The notes: generated from the sequence alone by a model not told the origin. A stretch of DNA of 64,000 nucleotides from an uncultured Alphaproteobacteria bacterium (GCA_934246625.1 CAKQHZ010000001.1:370964-434963); one strand, 5' to 3'; counted from the first letter of the stretch, positions 49,883 to 59,592 are shown. Numbers and translations: made by a program.

Positions 49883-50776
49883 TTATTTTATTCGTGATTT
49901 GTTAAATAAAAGCAATGATGATGTTGATAAAAACATTGAAGAGTAAGTTCCAATGATTATACCAAATAACATAATTGCAGAAAAGCCACGTAAAACTTCA
50001 CCACCAAACAAATAAATTGCAAGAACGGCAAATATTGTTGTCATTCCAGTCAAAATTGTTCGTGAAAATGTTTCATTGATTGAAAGGTCTACAACATCAC
50101 TTAATGACTTTGATTTATATTTTTTAAGATTTTCTCTTACTCTATCATAAATAACAACTGTATCGTTAATTGAATAACCTGCAAGTGTTAAAAGTGCAGC
50201 AAGTGTTGTTAAATCAAATTCTATACCTGTAATACATAACATTGCCAAAGCCAACAAGACATCGTGCAAAAGTGAAAGTCCAGCGCCAACTGCAAATGGC
50301 AATTCAAATCTTATCCATATATAAATAGAAATTACAAGAATTGAAAGAAGAACGGCTAATGTTCCATTTTTAACCAAATCTGCACCAACCTTTGGTCCAA
50401 CAATTTGTGTATTTCTGTATTCAACTGTTTCACCCAAAATATTTTTTACTGATACCAAATCAGATGTGATTTCGGTTTCGGTTTTATGTCCCTGTGGAAG
50501 ATAGATTGAAACAACATCACCTGTTTCACCTTGGGATTGAATTTGTGGTGAAAAAGATTTTAATTCTTCACGTAAATTTTCTATATTTGCCGGTGTTTTT
50601 GTTTTGATTTCCAATAATACACCGCCAGAAAAGTCAATACCATAATTAAATGGTTTTATAAATAATGTAATTATTGATGCAAGTGAAAATAAGCATGCAA
50701 TACTTACAAAAAAGATATTTCTTTTCATTATATTAAAATGTGTTTGTATTGGAACAACCTTGATAAGTTTAAACAT
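49883..50776 (-). CDS. secF: protein translocase subunit SecF
   Basis: 297 aa with six TM helices. No secD is adjacent in the window. Confidence 0.85.
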   Translation of the reverse strand: MFKLIKVVPIQTHFNIMKRNIFFVSIACLFSLASIITLFIKPFNYGIDFSGGVLLEIKTKTPANIENLREELKSFSPQIQSQGETGDVVSIYLPQGHKTETEITSDLVSVKNILGETVEYRNTQIVGPKVGADLVKNGTLAVLLSILVISIYIWIRFELPFAVGAGLSLLHDVLLALAMLCITGIEFDLTTLAALLTLAGYSINDTVVIYDRVRENLKKYKSKSLSDVVDLSINETFSRTILTGMTTIFAVLAIYLFGGEVLRGFSAIMLFGIIIGTYSSMFLSTSSLLLFNKSRIK

Positions 50777-50787
50777 AGCAACTTCCT

Positions 50788-51081
50788 TTACTCTATTATC
50801 TTTGGAACTGTAAAATATTCACCTTCGTCATCAGGAGCAGGTGCATTTTCAAGAACCTGTTCACGTGTATTGTCTATACTTACTGTATCAATACGACGAG
50901 GAAGTGGGTGATCCGCAACAGAATTAAGTGGTTCAACACCATCAACATTTACGTCATCAAGCCCCTCTATCCATTCAATAACATTTTCAAGTTCACCAAC
51001 CATTTTTTCAGCCATTTCGTCAGTCATACCGATACGAACCATTTTGGCATTTGCTTTAACTTTTTCTTTTGTAAAATACAT
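50788..51081 (-). CDS. gatC: aspartyl/glutamyl-tRNA amidotransferase subunit C
   Basis: 97-aa GatC pattern (…VRIGMTDEMAEKMVGELENVIEWIEGLDDVNVDGVEP…). Confidence 0.85.
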   Translation of the reverse strand: MYFTKEKVKANAKMVRIGMTDEMAEKMVGELENVIEWIEGLDDVNVDGVEPLNSVADHPLPRRIDTVSIDNTREQVLENAPAPDDEGEYFTVPKIIE

Positions 51082-51250
51082 ATTTTGACCTCTTTTATTT
51101 TGATTTGGATTTTAGCATAAATCTTTTGCACCAGTCAAGCAAAAGTATATTTTAATATTGAAGATGTTCCTACTGACTATAAAGGTGAAATATTTTATAA
51201 TAATTTTATCCGATATGGATAAATACAAACTTTAATGAAAGGATAAAAAA

Positions 51251-51469
51251 ATGCATAAAATAATGAATTATATTTGCAAACCTTTGATTCTTATAGGTGC
51301 AATAAATTGGGGTCTTATTGGCGCTTTTAACTTTAATCTTGTAAGTGTTCTTTTTGGCGTTAATACAATCCTTACAAACATAATATATATTCTTGTGGGT
51401 ATTTCTGGACTTTGCGGATTATATATGTATGGACAAACATGCAAATTGAATAAAAACAATATGAGATAG
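51251..51469 (+). CDS. DUF378-like small membrane protein
   Basis: GAINWGLIGAFNFNLVSVLFG motif and two TM helices. Confidence 0.6.
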   Translation: MHKIMNYICKPLILIGAINWGLIGAFNFNLVSVLFGVNTILTNIIYILVGISGLCGLYMYGQTCKLNKNNMR

Positions 51470-51505
51470 TTTTTATTAAACCCTTAAAAATAATAAAAAA
51501 AGAAA

Positions 51506-51534
51506 AGTCTAGATGGTGGCTCTCTAGACTTTTT
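51506..51534. terminator. bidirectional hairpin terminator
   Basis: AGTCTAGATGGTGGCTCTCTAGACT followed by TTTT. It overlaps the 3' end of the minus-strand flavoprotein gene. Confidence 0.6.
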
Positions 51535-52606
51535 GATTTATTCCCAATGATGCTGTTATTCCAGATGCAAAGGCAAAATGTAAATTATAGCCACCAAGCT
51601 CGCCTGTTATATCTAAAACTTCACCAATAAAATATAATCCCTTTATTTTATCACTTCCAAGATAGTTATTCAAATAACCAAGCCAAACCCCACCTTTCAT
51701 AACTTCGGCTTTTGTATAACCAAAAGTGCCACTGTTGATATATTTTAAATTACAAATTTTGGATAAAAGCTGGCTTTTTTGTGAAATATCGAAATAATTC
51801 ATAAAAAAATTATATACTCGTTTTGGAAGTTTTATTAAATTTTTATCAGGACAAAAATCTATCTCTATAACATCTCCTATATTACTATAAAGAGATGTAT
51901 TTAAAACAGCAGGTCCCGTAATTCCAATATGTGCAAAAAGCAAATTATCAGAAAATGTTTTATTATTTACTTTTATATTAACTGGAAGACTGATACCAGA
52001 TAAACTTGAAAAAGTTTTCATATTATTTGGATATTTAAGTCCGACCAAGGCAGGTTGATTTTGTATCAGTTTAAATTTAAATTGTTTTGCAAGTAAAAGT
52101 CCAAAATCACTGGCTCCTATATGTGGATAAGATTTTCCACCAGTTGCAATAACCAGCGTTTTTGATATAAATTTTGTAATTCCTGTATCAATAGTAAATA
52201 AATCACCATCTTTTGATACTGATAAAATATCAACACCAAGAGCAAATTCGACCTTATTTTTTTCACATTCGGATTTTAAGATATTTAAAATATCCTTTGA
52301 ATTAAATGCAAAAAGTTTTCCCTTTTCACGCTCTTCATATTTAACATTATATTTATTAAGGAGTTGAATAGCTTCTTTCACAGTCCAATTATTTAAAATA
52401 TCACCTATTCGTTCAGGTGTAGATGAAACATAATGTGATGGCCCCATATTTTTATTTGAAAAATTACACTTGCCACCACCAGAGATAAGTATCTTTGCAC
52501 CTATATTCTCATTTTTATCAAGAACAAGCACCCTTCCCTTTATTTTTGAGGCACACATAAGACCACTTGCACCTGCACCTATAATTATTGCATCATATAC
52601 AAACAT
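51524..52606 (-). CDS. HI0933/BaiN-family NAD(P)/FAD-dependent oxidoreductase
   Basis: N-terminal Rossmann motif DAIIIGAGASG. Length and motifs are typical of the HI0933-like flavoproteins. Confidence 0.8.
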   Translation of the reverse strand: MFVYDAIIIGAGASGLMCASKIKGRVLVLDKNENIGAKILISGGGKCNFSNKNMGPSHYVSSTPERIGDILNNWTVKEAIQLLNKYNVKYEEREKGKLFAFNSKDILNILKSECEKNKVEFALGVDILSVSKDGDLFTIDTGITKFISKTLVIATGGKSYPHIGASDFGLLLAKQFKFKLIQNQPALVGLKYPNNMKTFSSLSGISLPVNIKVNNKTFSDNLLFAHIGITGPAVLNTSLYSNIGDVIEIDFCPDKNLIKLPKRVYNFFMNYFDISQKSQLLSKICNLKYINSGTFGYTKAEVMKGGVWLGYLNNYLGSDKIKGLYFIGEVLDITGELGGYNLHFAFASGITASLGINQKV

Positions 52607-52676
52607 TAAAAATCCTTGAATAAATTATGTTTTTATTCTACTTTATATAAAAGCGAAATGCAAGAAAGGAAAAATT

Positions 52677-54131
52677 ATGCAAAAATTTAAAAATATGAAT
52701 AGCTATCTTAAAAAAACTATTATCGTTTTGACTGGCTTGACTATCATTCGTTTGATATTAGCATGCTTCCTTGGACTTGATGGCGGACCAGCATATTATG
52801 CTATGTGGAGCAGAAAATTAGAGCTTTCATATTTTGACCACCCTTTAATGACGGCATTGTTGATACGAATTTCAACAGAAATTTTTGGTTGGAATAGTTT
52901 TGCAATAAAATTACCGGCTATTTTGGTATATTTAGCTACAAGTATATTTATGTATAAAAGTATAAAACTTTGGGGTGGTAAAGACAAAGGTGCATTTTAT
53001 GCAGTTATGTTTTTCAATTTTATCCCATGGATAGCGTCAAGTTTTGGAATAAAAGCTGGAAACCCAGATATTCCATTCCTTTTTTGTTTTATGATGACAT
53101 TTTATTATTTTTCAAAATTATATAAAACTGAAAATTCAAATAATTGGTATTGGATAGGTCTTTGGACCGCTTTGGGATTGCTTTCAAAATATAAAATGGT
53201 ATTTGTCTGGCCTGCTCTTTTCCTTTGTATGATATTTTTACCAAAGTTAAAAAAGCAATGGAAGGCTCCTCAACTTTATATATCAACAATATTTGCTTTG
53301 ATTGGAATTGTGCCAACTTTGATTTGGAATATAAATAATGATTTTGCTTCTTTTTCATATCATCTTGTTCAAAGACAAGGTCATTTTGGATTTAAACCTA
53401 TGCAACTTTTGAATTTCTTAGGTAATCAAATTGCAATTATGGGTGTATTTATCCCAGTCCTTTTGTTCATAAATGCTTTTAAATACAAAAAAACTGAAGT
53501 AGGTAAAGCAACTTTGTCTTTTGTGGCTCCTGCCGTAATAGTATTTAGCTGTGTAAATTTATTCTTTGGCCAAAGTATGCAAAATTGGTGGGCTTCTGTT
53601 TATATGATTTTACTTGTCCTTTATGGTGTAAAACGTGTATTAAATCGTGCGGATAAATGGATTTTGGGTTTTACTATATTTGTATCTGTTGTTGGAACAG
53701 CTTTTTATGCTTACCCATTTGGTATAAAATTAAAAGAAACAACAAACTTTTTGGATCATCATTTGTTTGATAAGGCATCTGAGCATCTTGAAACAATAAT
53801 AAAAAAGCGTGAAGCAAAAGGAGAAACTGTTTATGTTGGAACTCCAAGATACAGAACTACTGCTATGCTTGGTGTAAATATTCCAAACAGAAAAATTTAT
53901 TCTATGGATTACAGAAAAGGCGACCAATTCCAAATTTGGTATAATCCAAATGAACTTATTGGAAAAAATGTTATTTATGTTGCAGGTGGTTCTCAAGTAA
54001 AACAAAAACCTGAAAATCTTTTTAATGCAGATAAAATTGTGTTAATAGATACTCAAAAATATACTTATAATCCAGCTTTTTCACGAACTTTTTACTTTTA
54101 TGAACTTAAAAATTATAAAGGCTTAAAATAA
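52677..54131 (+). CDS. ArnT/PMT-like (GT39/GT83) polyprenyl-phosphate-sugar-dependent glycosyltransferase, membrane
   Basis: 484 aa, about ten TM helices. The N-terminal loop carries a DHPLM-type motif (YFDHPLMTALLIRIS). Confidence 0.8.
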   Translation: MQKFKNMNSYLKKTIIVLTGLTIIRLILACFLGLDGGPAYYAMWSRKLELSYFDHPLMTALLIRISTEIFGWNSFAIKLPAILVYLATSIFMYKSIKLWGGKDKGAFYAVMFFNFIPWIASSFGIKAGNPDIPFLFCFMMTFYYFSKLYKTENSNNWYWIGLWTALGLLSKYKMVFVWPALFLCMIFLPKLKKQWKAPQLYISTIFALIGIVPTLIWNINNDFASFSYHLVQRQGHFGFKPMQLLNFLGNQIAIMGVFIPVLLFINAFKYKKTEVGKATLSFVAPAVIVFSCVNLFFGQSMQNWWASVYMILLVLYGVKRVLNRADKWILGFTIFVSVVGTAFYAYPFGIKLKETTNFLDHHLFDKASEHLETIIKKREAKGETVYVGTPRYRTTAMLGVNIPNRKIYSMDYRKGDQFQIWYNPNELIGKNVIYVAGGSQVKQKPENLFNADKIVLIDTQKYTYNPAFSRTFYFYELKNYKGLK

Positions 54132-54586
54132 TGTTTAAAAGATTTCTTAAATTTGGATTAGTCGGTGGTTTGGGTGCTATTATAAACCTTGTAATATTTG
54201 CATTATTAAGTTTTGCTGGTGTGAATTATATGATAAGCTCGGTAATAGCTTTTATAATAGCAGCAACATCAAATTATATATTCAATAGCATTTGGGTTTT
54301 CAAAGACCGTGGCCATAAATCAAGCAAAATTTTATGGGCAAAGTTTATGTGTGTATCTGTATTTTCCCTTTGCATAAATTTAGGGGTGCTTTTTGTTATG
54401 GAAAACTTTGTTATGCCATATATTATAAAATGGTGGTTTGTAAATGAAATTATGCAAATTACAGCAGGTATTTTAAATGTAAAAACTTTAAGTAAAATCA
54501 CCGCATTATATTCTCAAGCCATAGGTATAGGCTTTTCAATGATTTTTAATTTTATTGGAAATAATTGTATCACTTTTAAGAAATAA
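54131..54586 (+). CDS. GtrA-family small membrane protein
   Basis: 151 aa, four TM helices. N-terminus FLKFGLVGGLGAIINL. Start overlaps the stop of the ArnT-like gene. Confidence 0.75.
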   Translation: MFKRFLKFGLVGGLGAIINLVIFALLSFAGVNYMISSVIAFIIAATSNYIFNSIWVFKDRGHKSSKILWAKFMCVSVFSLCINLGVLFVMENFVMPYIIKWWFVNEIMQITAGILNVKTLSKITALYSQAIGIGFSMIFNFIGNNCITFKK

Positions 54587-54594
54587 TATTCAAA

Positions 54595-54614
54595 TTGGCT
54601 GGGGTAAATGGATT
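54595..54614. repeat. 20-bp direct repeat copying the 3' end of the adjacent tRNA-Gln (att-like remnant)
   Basis: TTGGCTGGGGTAAATGGATT is identical to 54736-54755, which is the reverse complement of the acceptor and T-arm 3' end of the tRNA. Confidence 0.55.
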
Positions 54615-54690
54615 GTCTGCTCGTTCCTCGCATTCATCTTGTCAATTTGCTTTGCAACCGGCAAACCTTTTGCCTATTGACTGCGATTCC

Positions 54691-54709
54691 GAACCACTTA
54701 TAGTGGTTC
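54691..54709. repeat. inverted duplication of a tRNA T-arm fragment (tRNA debris)
   Basis: Perfect palindrome GAACCACTTATAGTGGTTC. ATTCCGAACCACT resembles the T-arm of the neighbouring tRNA-Gln, and GGTTCAAATCC is a T-loop-like motif on the other strand. Confidence 0.45.
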
Positions 54710-54736
54710 AAATCCTCCTCAACTATATTATTTACT

Positions 54737-54810
54737 TGGCTGGGGTAAATGGATTCGAACCACTGTTAACAGAGCCAGAATCTGTTGTCCTACCACTAGA
54801 CGATACCCCA
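54737..54810 (-). tRNA. tRNA-Gln (anticodon CUG) with a Glu-like D-arm
   Basis: Minus-strand sequence TGGGGTATCGTCTAGTGGTAGGAC A ACAGA TTCTGGC TCTGT TAAC AGTGG TTCGAAT CCATT TACCCCA G CCA. Gln-type acceptor stem (U1:A72). Confidence 0.72.
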
Positions 54811-54923
54811 AAAAGATAGCTATATTATAGAATAACTTCTGATTAAATCAATAAAAATATAATTTGACATACTTTTATCATTAAAGTAAAATATCTGAAG
54901 AACAAAATAAGAAAGTATGTTAA

Positions 54924-56945
54924 ATGAATATCGTTGATAATGAAAAAAATTTGCCTGATTGGCTTGAAAAACTTAATCCTGAACAAAGAGATGCTGTTCA
55001 AACTACAGAAGGACCTCTTCTCGTGCTTTCTGGTGCTGGAACTGGAAAAACAAGGGTGCTTACTTCTCGTATAGCATATATTATGTATAAACAACTGGCT
55101 TTGCCATGGCAAATTCTTGCTGTGACATTTACAAATAAAGCCGCAAATGAAATGAAAAATCGTGTTAAATCTATTATAGGAGATAGTGCAGATAGTCTTT
55201 GGATTGGAACATTTCATTCTATTGGGTTAAGGATTGTAAAACGATATTATGAACTTATCGGACTTAAAAAAAACTTTCTTATATTTGATGAAAGCGACCA
55301 AAAAATACTTATAAAAAAAGTAATGGAAGAAGATTTAAAAATTGATACAAAAAAATGGAATCCATCTATTGTGCTTGAAAATATTTGCAGACTTAAAGAT
55401 AAGGGATTTTATTTTGATGATGAAAATATCAATATGATTGATGTTGAAACTATTAACGGAAGACTTTTAGAAGTTTATAAATATTATCAAGAAAAATTAA
55501 AGGAACTTAATGCCGTTGATTTTGGTGATTTATTACTTTATCCTTTGATGATTTTTGAACAAAATCCAGTTATTTTGGAAGAATTTCAAACTAAATTCAA
55601 ATATATCCTTGTTGATGAGTATCAGGATACAAATGCTGTGCAAGATAAGATTTTAAAATTGTTGTCTGCTAAACATAAAAATATTTGTTGTGTAGGTGAC
55701 GATGACCAATCTATTTATTCATGGCGTGGTGCCGAAATTGAAAATATTTTGCGATTCGAAAGTGATTTTGAAAATGCAAAGGTTATACGACTTGAAACAA
55801 ACTATCGTTCAACACCACATATTCTTCATGCGGCATCTTGTTTAATTGCAAAAAATAAAGACAGACTTGGTAAAGAATTACGTCCTTGTAAGGCTATGAT
55901 TGATGAAGAATCAAAAAAAATACAGGTGCATGGAGTTTGGAATGGTGTTGAAGAAGCCCGTGAAATTGTTGATGAAATAGAATATTATCAAAGAAAAGGT
56001 ATTCCTTTATCACAAATGGCTGTGCTTGTAAGAGCAGGGTATCAAACCAGATTATTCGAAGAACATTTCATAAGAGCAGGGGTTTCATACAAAATTATTG
56101 GTGGTTTGCGATTCTATGAACGACAAGAAATAAAGGATATTATCGCATATTTACGACTTCTTGCTTATCCTCAAGATAATCTTTCTTTTGAAAGAATTAT
56201 AAATGTTCCTAAACGAGGAATAGGTGATAAAACATTGCAAAATATAAATACCTACGCAAAACAAAACCATCTATCTCTTTTTGAAGCAACCGAAGAAATG
56301 TTAAATTCAAATAAAATTACTGGAAAAGCGGCTCTTAATATTCAAAAATTTATTGATGATTTTCATAGATGGAGAAGTATTTATAATGGCGATTCTGTTG
56401 ATTTATTAGATACAAATAAAATTACTGAACATTATCAACTTGTTGAAATAATGATAAAAGAATCCGGCTATATTGATATGTGGCAAAATTCCAAAAAAGC
56501 AGAAGCCGAAGCAAAACTTCAAAATATAAATGAACTTTTGGGTATTATAAAGTCAGATTTTGAAACAATTAACGAATTTTTGGAATATATAACTTTGTTC
56601 ACAGAAAATAATCAATCTGTTCTTGATAATCAAGATTATGTTTCATTGATGACTTTACATGCGGCAAAGGGATTGGAATTTGATGTTGTATTTCTTCCTG
56701 GCTGGGAAATGGGTATTTTCCCAAATGAAAAATCTACACAAGAAAATTCAAGCTCTTTAGAAGAAGAAAGAAGACTTGCTTATGTTGGAATTACCCGTGC
56801 AAAAAAAATTGTTGAAATTTATTATGCAGGAAGCAGGCAAGTATTCGGTCAATGGCAACAAAATCTTCCATCTGTGTTTTTAAATGATTTACCTGATGAA
56901 GATGTAGAACATACATCATTTTCAAGTGCATATAGTTTTAGATAA
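54924..56945 (+). CDS. uvrD: UvrD/Rep-family ATP-dependent DNA helicase
   Basis: 673 aa. Walker A GAGTGKT and helicase motifs II-VI. Which family member it is cannot be decided by eye. Confidence 0.85.
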   Translation: MNIVDNEKNLPDWLEKLNPEQRDAVQTTEGPLLVLSGAGTGKTRVLTSRIAYIMYKQLALPWQILAVTFTNKAANEMKNRVKSIIGDSADSLWIGTFHSIGLRIVKRYYELIGLKKNFLIFDESDQKILIKKVMEEDLKIDTKKWNPSIVLENICRLKDKGFYFDDENINMIDVETINGRLLEVYKYYQEKLKELNAVDFGDLLLYPLMIFEQNPVILEEFQTKFKYILVDEYQDTNAVQDKILKLLSAKHKNICCVGDDDQSIYSWRGAEIENILRFESDFENAKVIRLETNYRSTPHILHAASCLIAKNKDRLGKELRPCKAMIDEESKKIQVHGVWNGVEEAREIVDEIEYYQRKGIPLSQMAVLVRAGYQTRLFEEHFIRAGVSYKIIGGLRFYERQEIKDIIAYLRLLAYPQDNLSFERIINVPKRGIGDKTLQNINTYAKQNHLSLFEATEEMLNSNKITGKAALNIQKFIDDFHRWRSIYNGDSVDLLDTNKITEHYQLVEIMIKESGYIDMWQNSKKAEAEAKLQNINELLGIIKSDFETINEFLEYITLFTENNQSVLDNQDYVSLMTLHAAKGLEFDVVFLPGWEMGIFPNEKSTQENSSSLEEERRLAYVGITRAKKIVEIYYAGSRQVFGQWQQNLPSVFLNDLPDEDVEHTSFSSAYSFR

Positions 56946-56950
56946 AAAAA

Positions 56951-56966
56951 AGCCTCAATCGAGGCT
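56951..56966. terminator. hairpin terminator serving uvrD (+) and the small minus-strand peptide gene
   Basis: AGCCTCAATCGAGGCT. An A-run upstream gives the minus strand a T-run. Confidence 0.6.
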
Positions 56967-56988
56967 TTTAATTTGAAAATAAATAATA

Positions 56989-57135
56989 TTATCTTCTTGA
57001 AGTTGTATTATCATCATCTGCTGCGATGCCAGGGCGACCATTTCTTTCAGCTTTTTTGCCTCTTGGTCTACCTGCTTCTGCTAAGCTAGCGAATACAATA
57101 CCTAATAATAAAGTTATAACTACTATTTTTTTCAT
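56989..57135 (-). CDS. small secreted peptide (48 aa); below the ORF-track cutoff
   Basis: GGAGGT RBS 6 nt upstream of the ATG. MKKIVVITLLLGIVFASLAEA signal peptide, then GRPRGKKAERNGRPGIAADDDNTTSRR. A terminator lies immediately downstream. Confidence 0.4.
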   Translation of the reverse strand: MKKIVVITLLLGIVFASLAEAGRPRGKKAERNGRPGIAADDDNTTSRR

Positions 57136-57224
57136 TATATACCTCCTTATTTAATTAACAGATCCCTTAATATAAGGAAACTAATATCAATTTAACACAA
57201 AAAATAAACTTTGTAAATAAATAT

Positions 57225-58949
57225 TTATATACCATAATTTATTTTATTATTTAGTTTTATTGCATTCAATTCATCTTGATTTTGTGTAGTATCAAGATTT
57301 TTTAATGCCTTTTTCCACTCGTATTTTGCTTCTTGCTTTCGACCTAAAGACCAATATATATCACCAAGATGGTCTATAATTACCGAATTTTTAGGTTGAA
57401 TAGCTTTTGCATATTCAAGCATTTTTAAAGCATCATCTGTTTTACCAAGTTTAAAAAATGCCCAACCATAAGTATCAAGATAATATGGATTTAATGGGTC
57501 GTATGCAATTACTTGTTCAGAAAGTTTAAATGCCTTTTCATAATCAATATTATTTAAAAGTAAAAAATACGCATAATAATTTAAAACAACAGGATTTTTT
57601 GAATTTAAGACTATTGATTTTTCTAAATCCTTTTCTGTCATTTCCTTATTTTTTAAAATATCATAAATTTGTGCACGGGCAAAATAAAGCTCGGCATTTA
57701 AAGTATTATTATTGATTTCCTGTTCAATACCCTTTGTATAATAATTGATTGCTGTATTGAATTTTTTATCATTTTTATAATAATCACCAACATTTATATA
57801 AAGTTGCAAAATAGCAGGATTTGACTTTATCAATTCATCATAAAGTGTCAAAGCCTCATCAATTGATTTTGGTTGTGTTAATAAATATTGTGCATAATTA
57901 ACTTTGTTTATCAAATTCAAATAACTTGTTTCTGGAATTGATTTTACTATTGTTTTATACTCATCAACTTTATTATATTTTTTATAAACCTCAGCTTTCA
58001 TAAGAGATGCCATATATAAATTAGAATCCAAATCCAAGACCATATTCAAATACATTAAATATAAATCCAAAGATGATGGGAAAACCGTAATGATAATAGT
58101 AGATATATCAAACAAAGATTTTGCCATTGCCTTTTGAGGAGTATCTATATAATAAGGCGTATAAGTATTATTTTGCAAAGATTCTAATAAAGACAAAGAT
58201 GATATAGAACCCTGTGATTTCTTATAATAATCTGAAACAACATCTATTGCTTTTTGTTTTCTATTATGTTTTATATAAAAATTTGCAATAGTTTCTATAT
58301 CAAAAAGATTTAATTTTGTGGTCAATGCTTCCTCGTATAATTCTTCTGCATATTCATCATCACCAGAAAGTTCAGCCATTATGCCAAGATTTATTAAAAC
58401 TATATTTTCAAATGCAGGATTATTGATTTCTGTTTCCAATAAATCTAAAGCATCATCATTTTTTTCAAGAGCTAACAACACCCAACTTTTTAAAATTTTT
58501 ACAATAAAAGTATCTGATTTATTTTTTATAGAATTAAGTCTATCTAATGATTTTTGATAATTACCATTTTTAAAATCAATATAACTTAAATAAATAGAAG
58601 GAATTATATTTGATGGATTTTGTTTTATTTCATTTTCTGCATCAATAATAGCTTCTTTTTCATTATTTTGTATAGCATTTATAATAAATGATTTACCAAG
58701 AAAATCACGTTTGTTTTGTGAAACAGCCTCTGAATAAATATTATTAAGATTCAAATAATCGCCCATTATTTCGGCACGAAAACTTGAAAGATAAAGGCCG
58801 TATTTATTATCCTTATTATAAATAGAATCATAATTACCTGTTTTTTCAATATTTTTAACAGGGTGTATAAAAAAACTTAAAACAATTAAAATCAATATAA
58901 AAGTAAAAATTAACTTTCGTATATATTTTTTTAAATTTTTATTTTGCAT
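57225..58949 (-). CDS. tetratricopeptide-repeat protein with an N-terminal membrane anchor
   Basis: 574 aa, an N-terminal TM helix and multiple TPR-like repeats throughout. Confidence 0.7.
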   Translation of the reverse strand: MQNKNLKKYIRKLIFTFILILIVLSFFIHPVKNIEKTGNYDSIYNKDNKYGLYLSSFRAEIMGDYLNLNNIYSEAVSQNKRDFLGKSFIINAIQNNEKEAIIDAENEIKQNPSNIIPSIYLSYIDFKNGNYQKSLDRLNSIKNKSDTFIVKILKSWVLLALEKNDDALDLLETEINNPAFENIVLINLGIMAELSGDDEYAEELYEEALTTKLNLFDIETIANFYIKHNRKQKAIDVVSDYYKKSQGSISSLSLLESLQNNTYTPYYIDTPQKAMAKSLFDISTIIITVFPSSLDLYLMYLNMVLDLDSNLYMASLMKAEVYKKYNKVDEYKTIVKSIPETSYLNLINKVNYAQYLLTQPKSIDEALTLYDELIKSNPAILQLYINVGDYYKNDKKFNTAINYYTKGIEQEINNNTLNAELYFARAQIYDILKNKEMTEKDLEKSIVLNSKNPVVLNYYAYFLLLNNIDYEKAFKLSEQVIAYDPLNPYYLDTYGWAFFKLGKTDDALKMLEYAKAIQPKNSVIIDHLGDIYWSLGRKQEAKYEWKKALKNLDTTQNQDELNAIKLNNKINYGI

Positions 58950-59018
58950 AATTATCTCTTTCTGTTATTATTTTAATAAAATTATACCACAAAACCGAAT
59001 TAAAAAAAAGAGTATTTA

Positions 59019-59579
59019 ATGAAAAATTATAATAAAGAAATTTTTAAAAAATATATTGAAACTTTACTTAAATGGCAAAAATCAATTAACCTTATAAGTC
59101 CTTCAACTATACCTAATGTATGGGAAAGACATTTTGAAGATAGTCTTTTTTTATATGACTATATAAAAGATGAACAAAATATTTTTGATATTGGAAGCGG
59201 TGGTGGTTTTCCTGCTCTTGTTTTAAGTATTGCAGGAATAAAAAATATTACTATAGTTGAAAGCGATAAACGTAAATGTTTATTTTTAAATGAGATAAAA
59301 AGAATTTACAATCTTGATGTAAAAATAATAAATGACAGAGTTGAAAATTTAACCTTTGATAAAAATAATTGTATTATAGGACGTGCATTTGCTCCACTTG
59401 ATAAATTTTTAAATTTATGTGTAAATATAATAAACAAAGATACAAAAATGTTTTTATTAAAAGGTTCAAATATCAATAATGAAATAACAGATGCAAAAAA
59501 AGACTGGAATTTTAATTATACTTTAAATAAAAAACCAAATGGTTTTATAATTTCTATATCAAATATTTGTAAAAAGTAA
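59019..59579 (+). CDS. rsmG: 16S rRNA (guanine527-N7)-methyltransferase RsmG (GidB)
   Basis: SAM-binding DIGSGGGFP motif. Its position upstream of parAB is typical. Confidence 0.9.
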   Translation: MKNYNKEIFKKYIETLLKWQKSINLISPSTIPNVWERHFEDSLFLYDYIKDEQNIFDIGSGGGFPALVLSIAGIKNITIVESDKRKCLFLNEIKRIYNLDVKIINDRVENLTFDKNNCIIGRAFAPLDKFLNLCVNIINKDTKMFLLKGSNINNEITDAKKDWNFNYTLNKKPNGFIISISNICKK

Positions 59580-59592
59580 TTGTTAATAAAAA

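Noticed and set aside
54595-54819. 74-aa plus-strand ORF
   Set aside because: It runs through the tRNA-Gln gene and the tRNA-fragment repeats. Spurious.
54843-55217. 124-aa minus-strand ORF
   Set aside because: It is antisense to the 5' end of the well-supported UvrD-family helicase gene.
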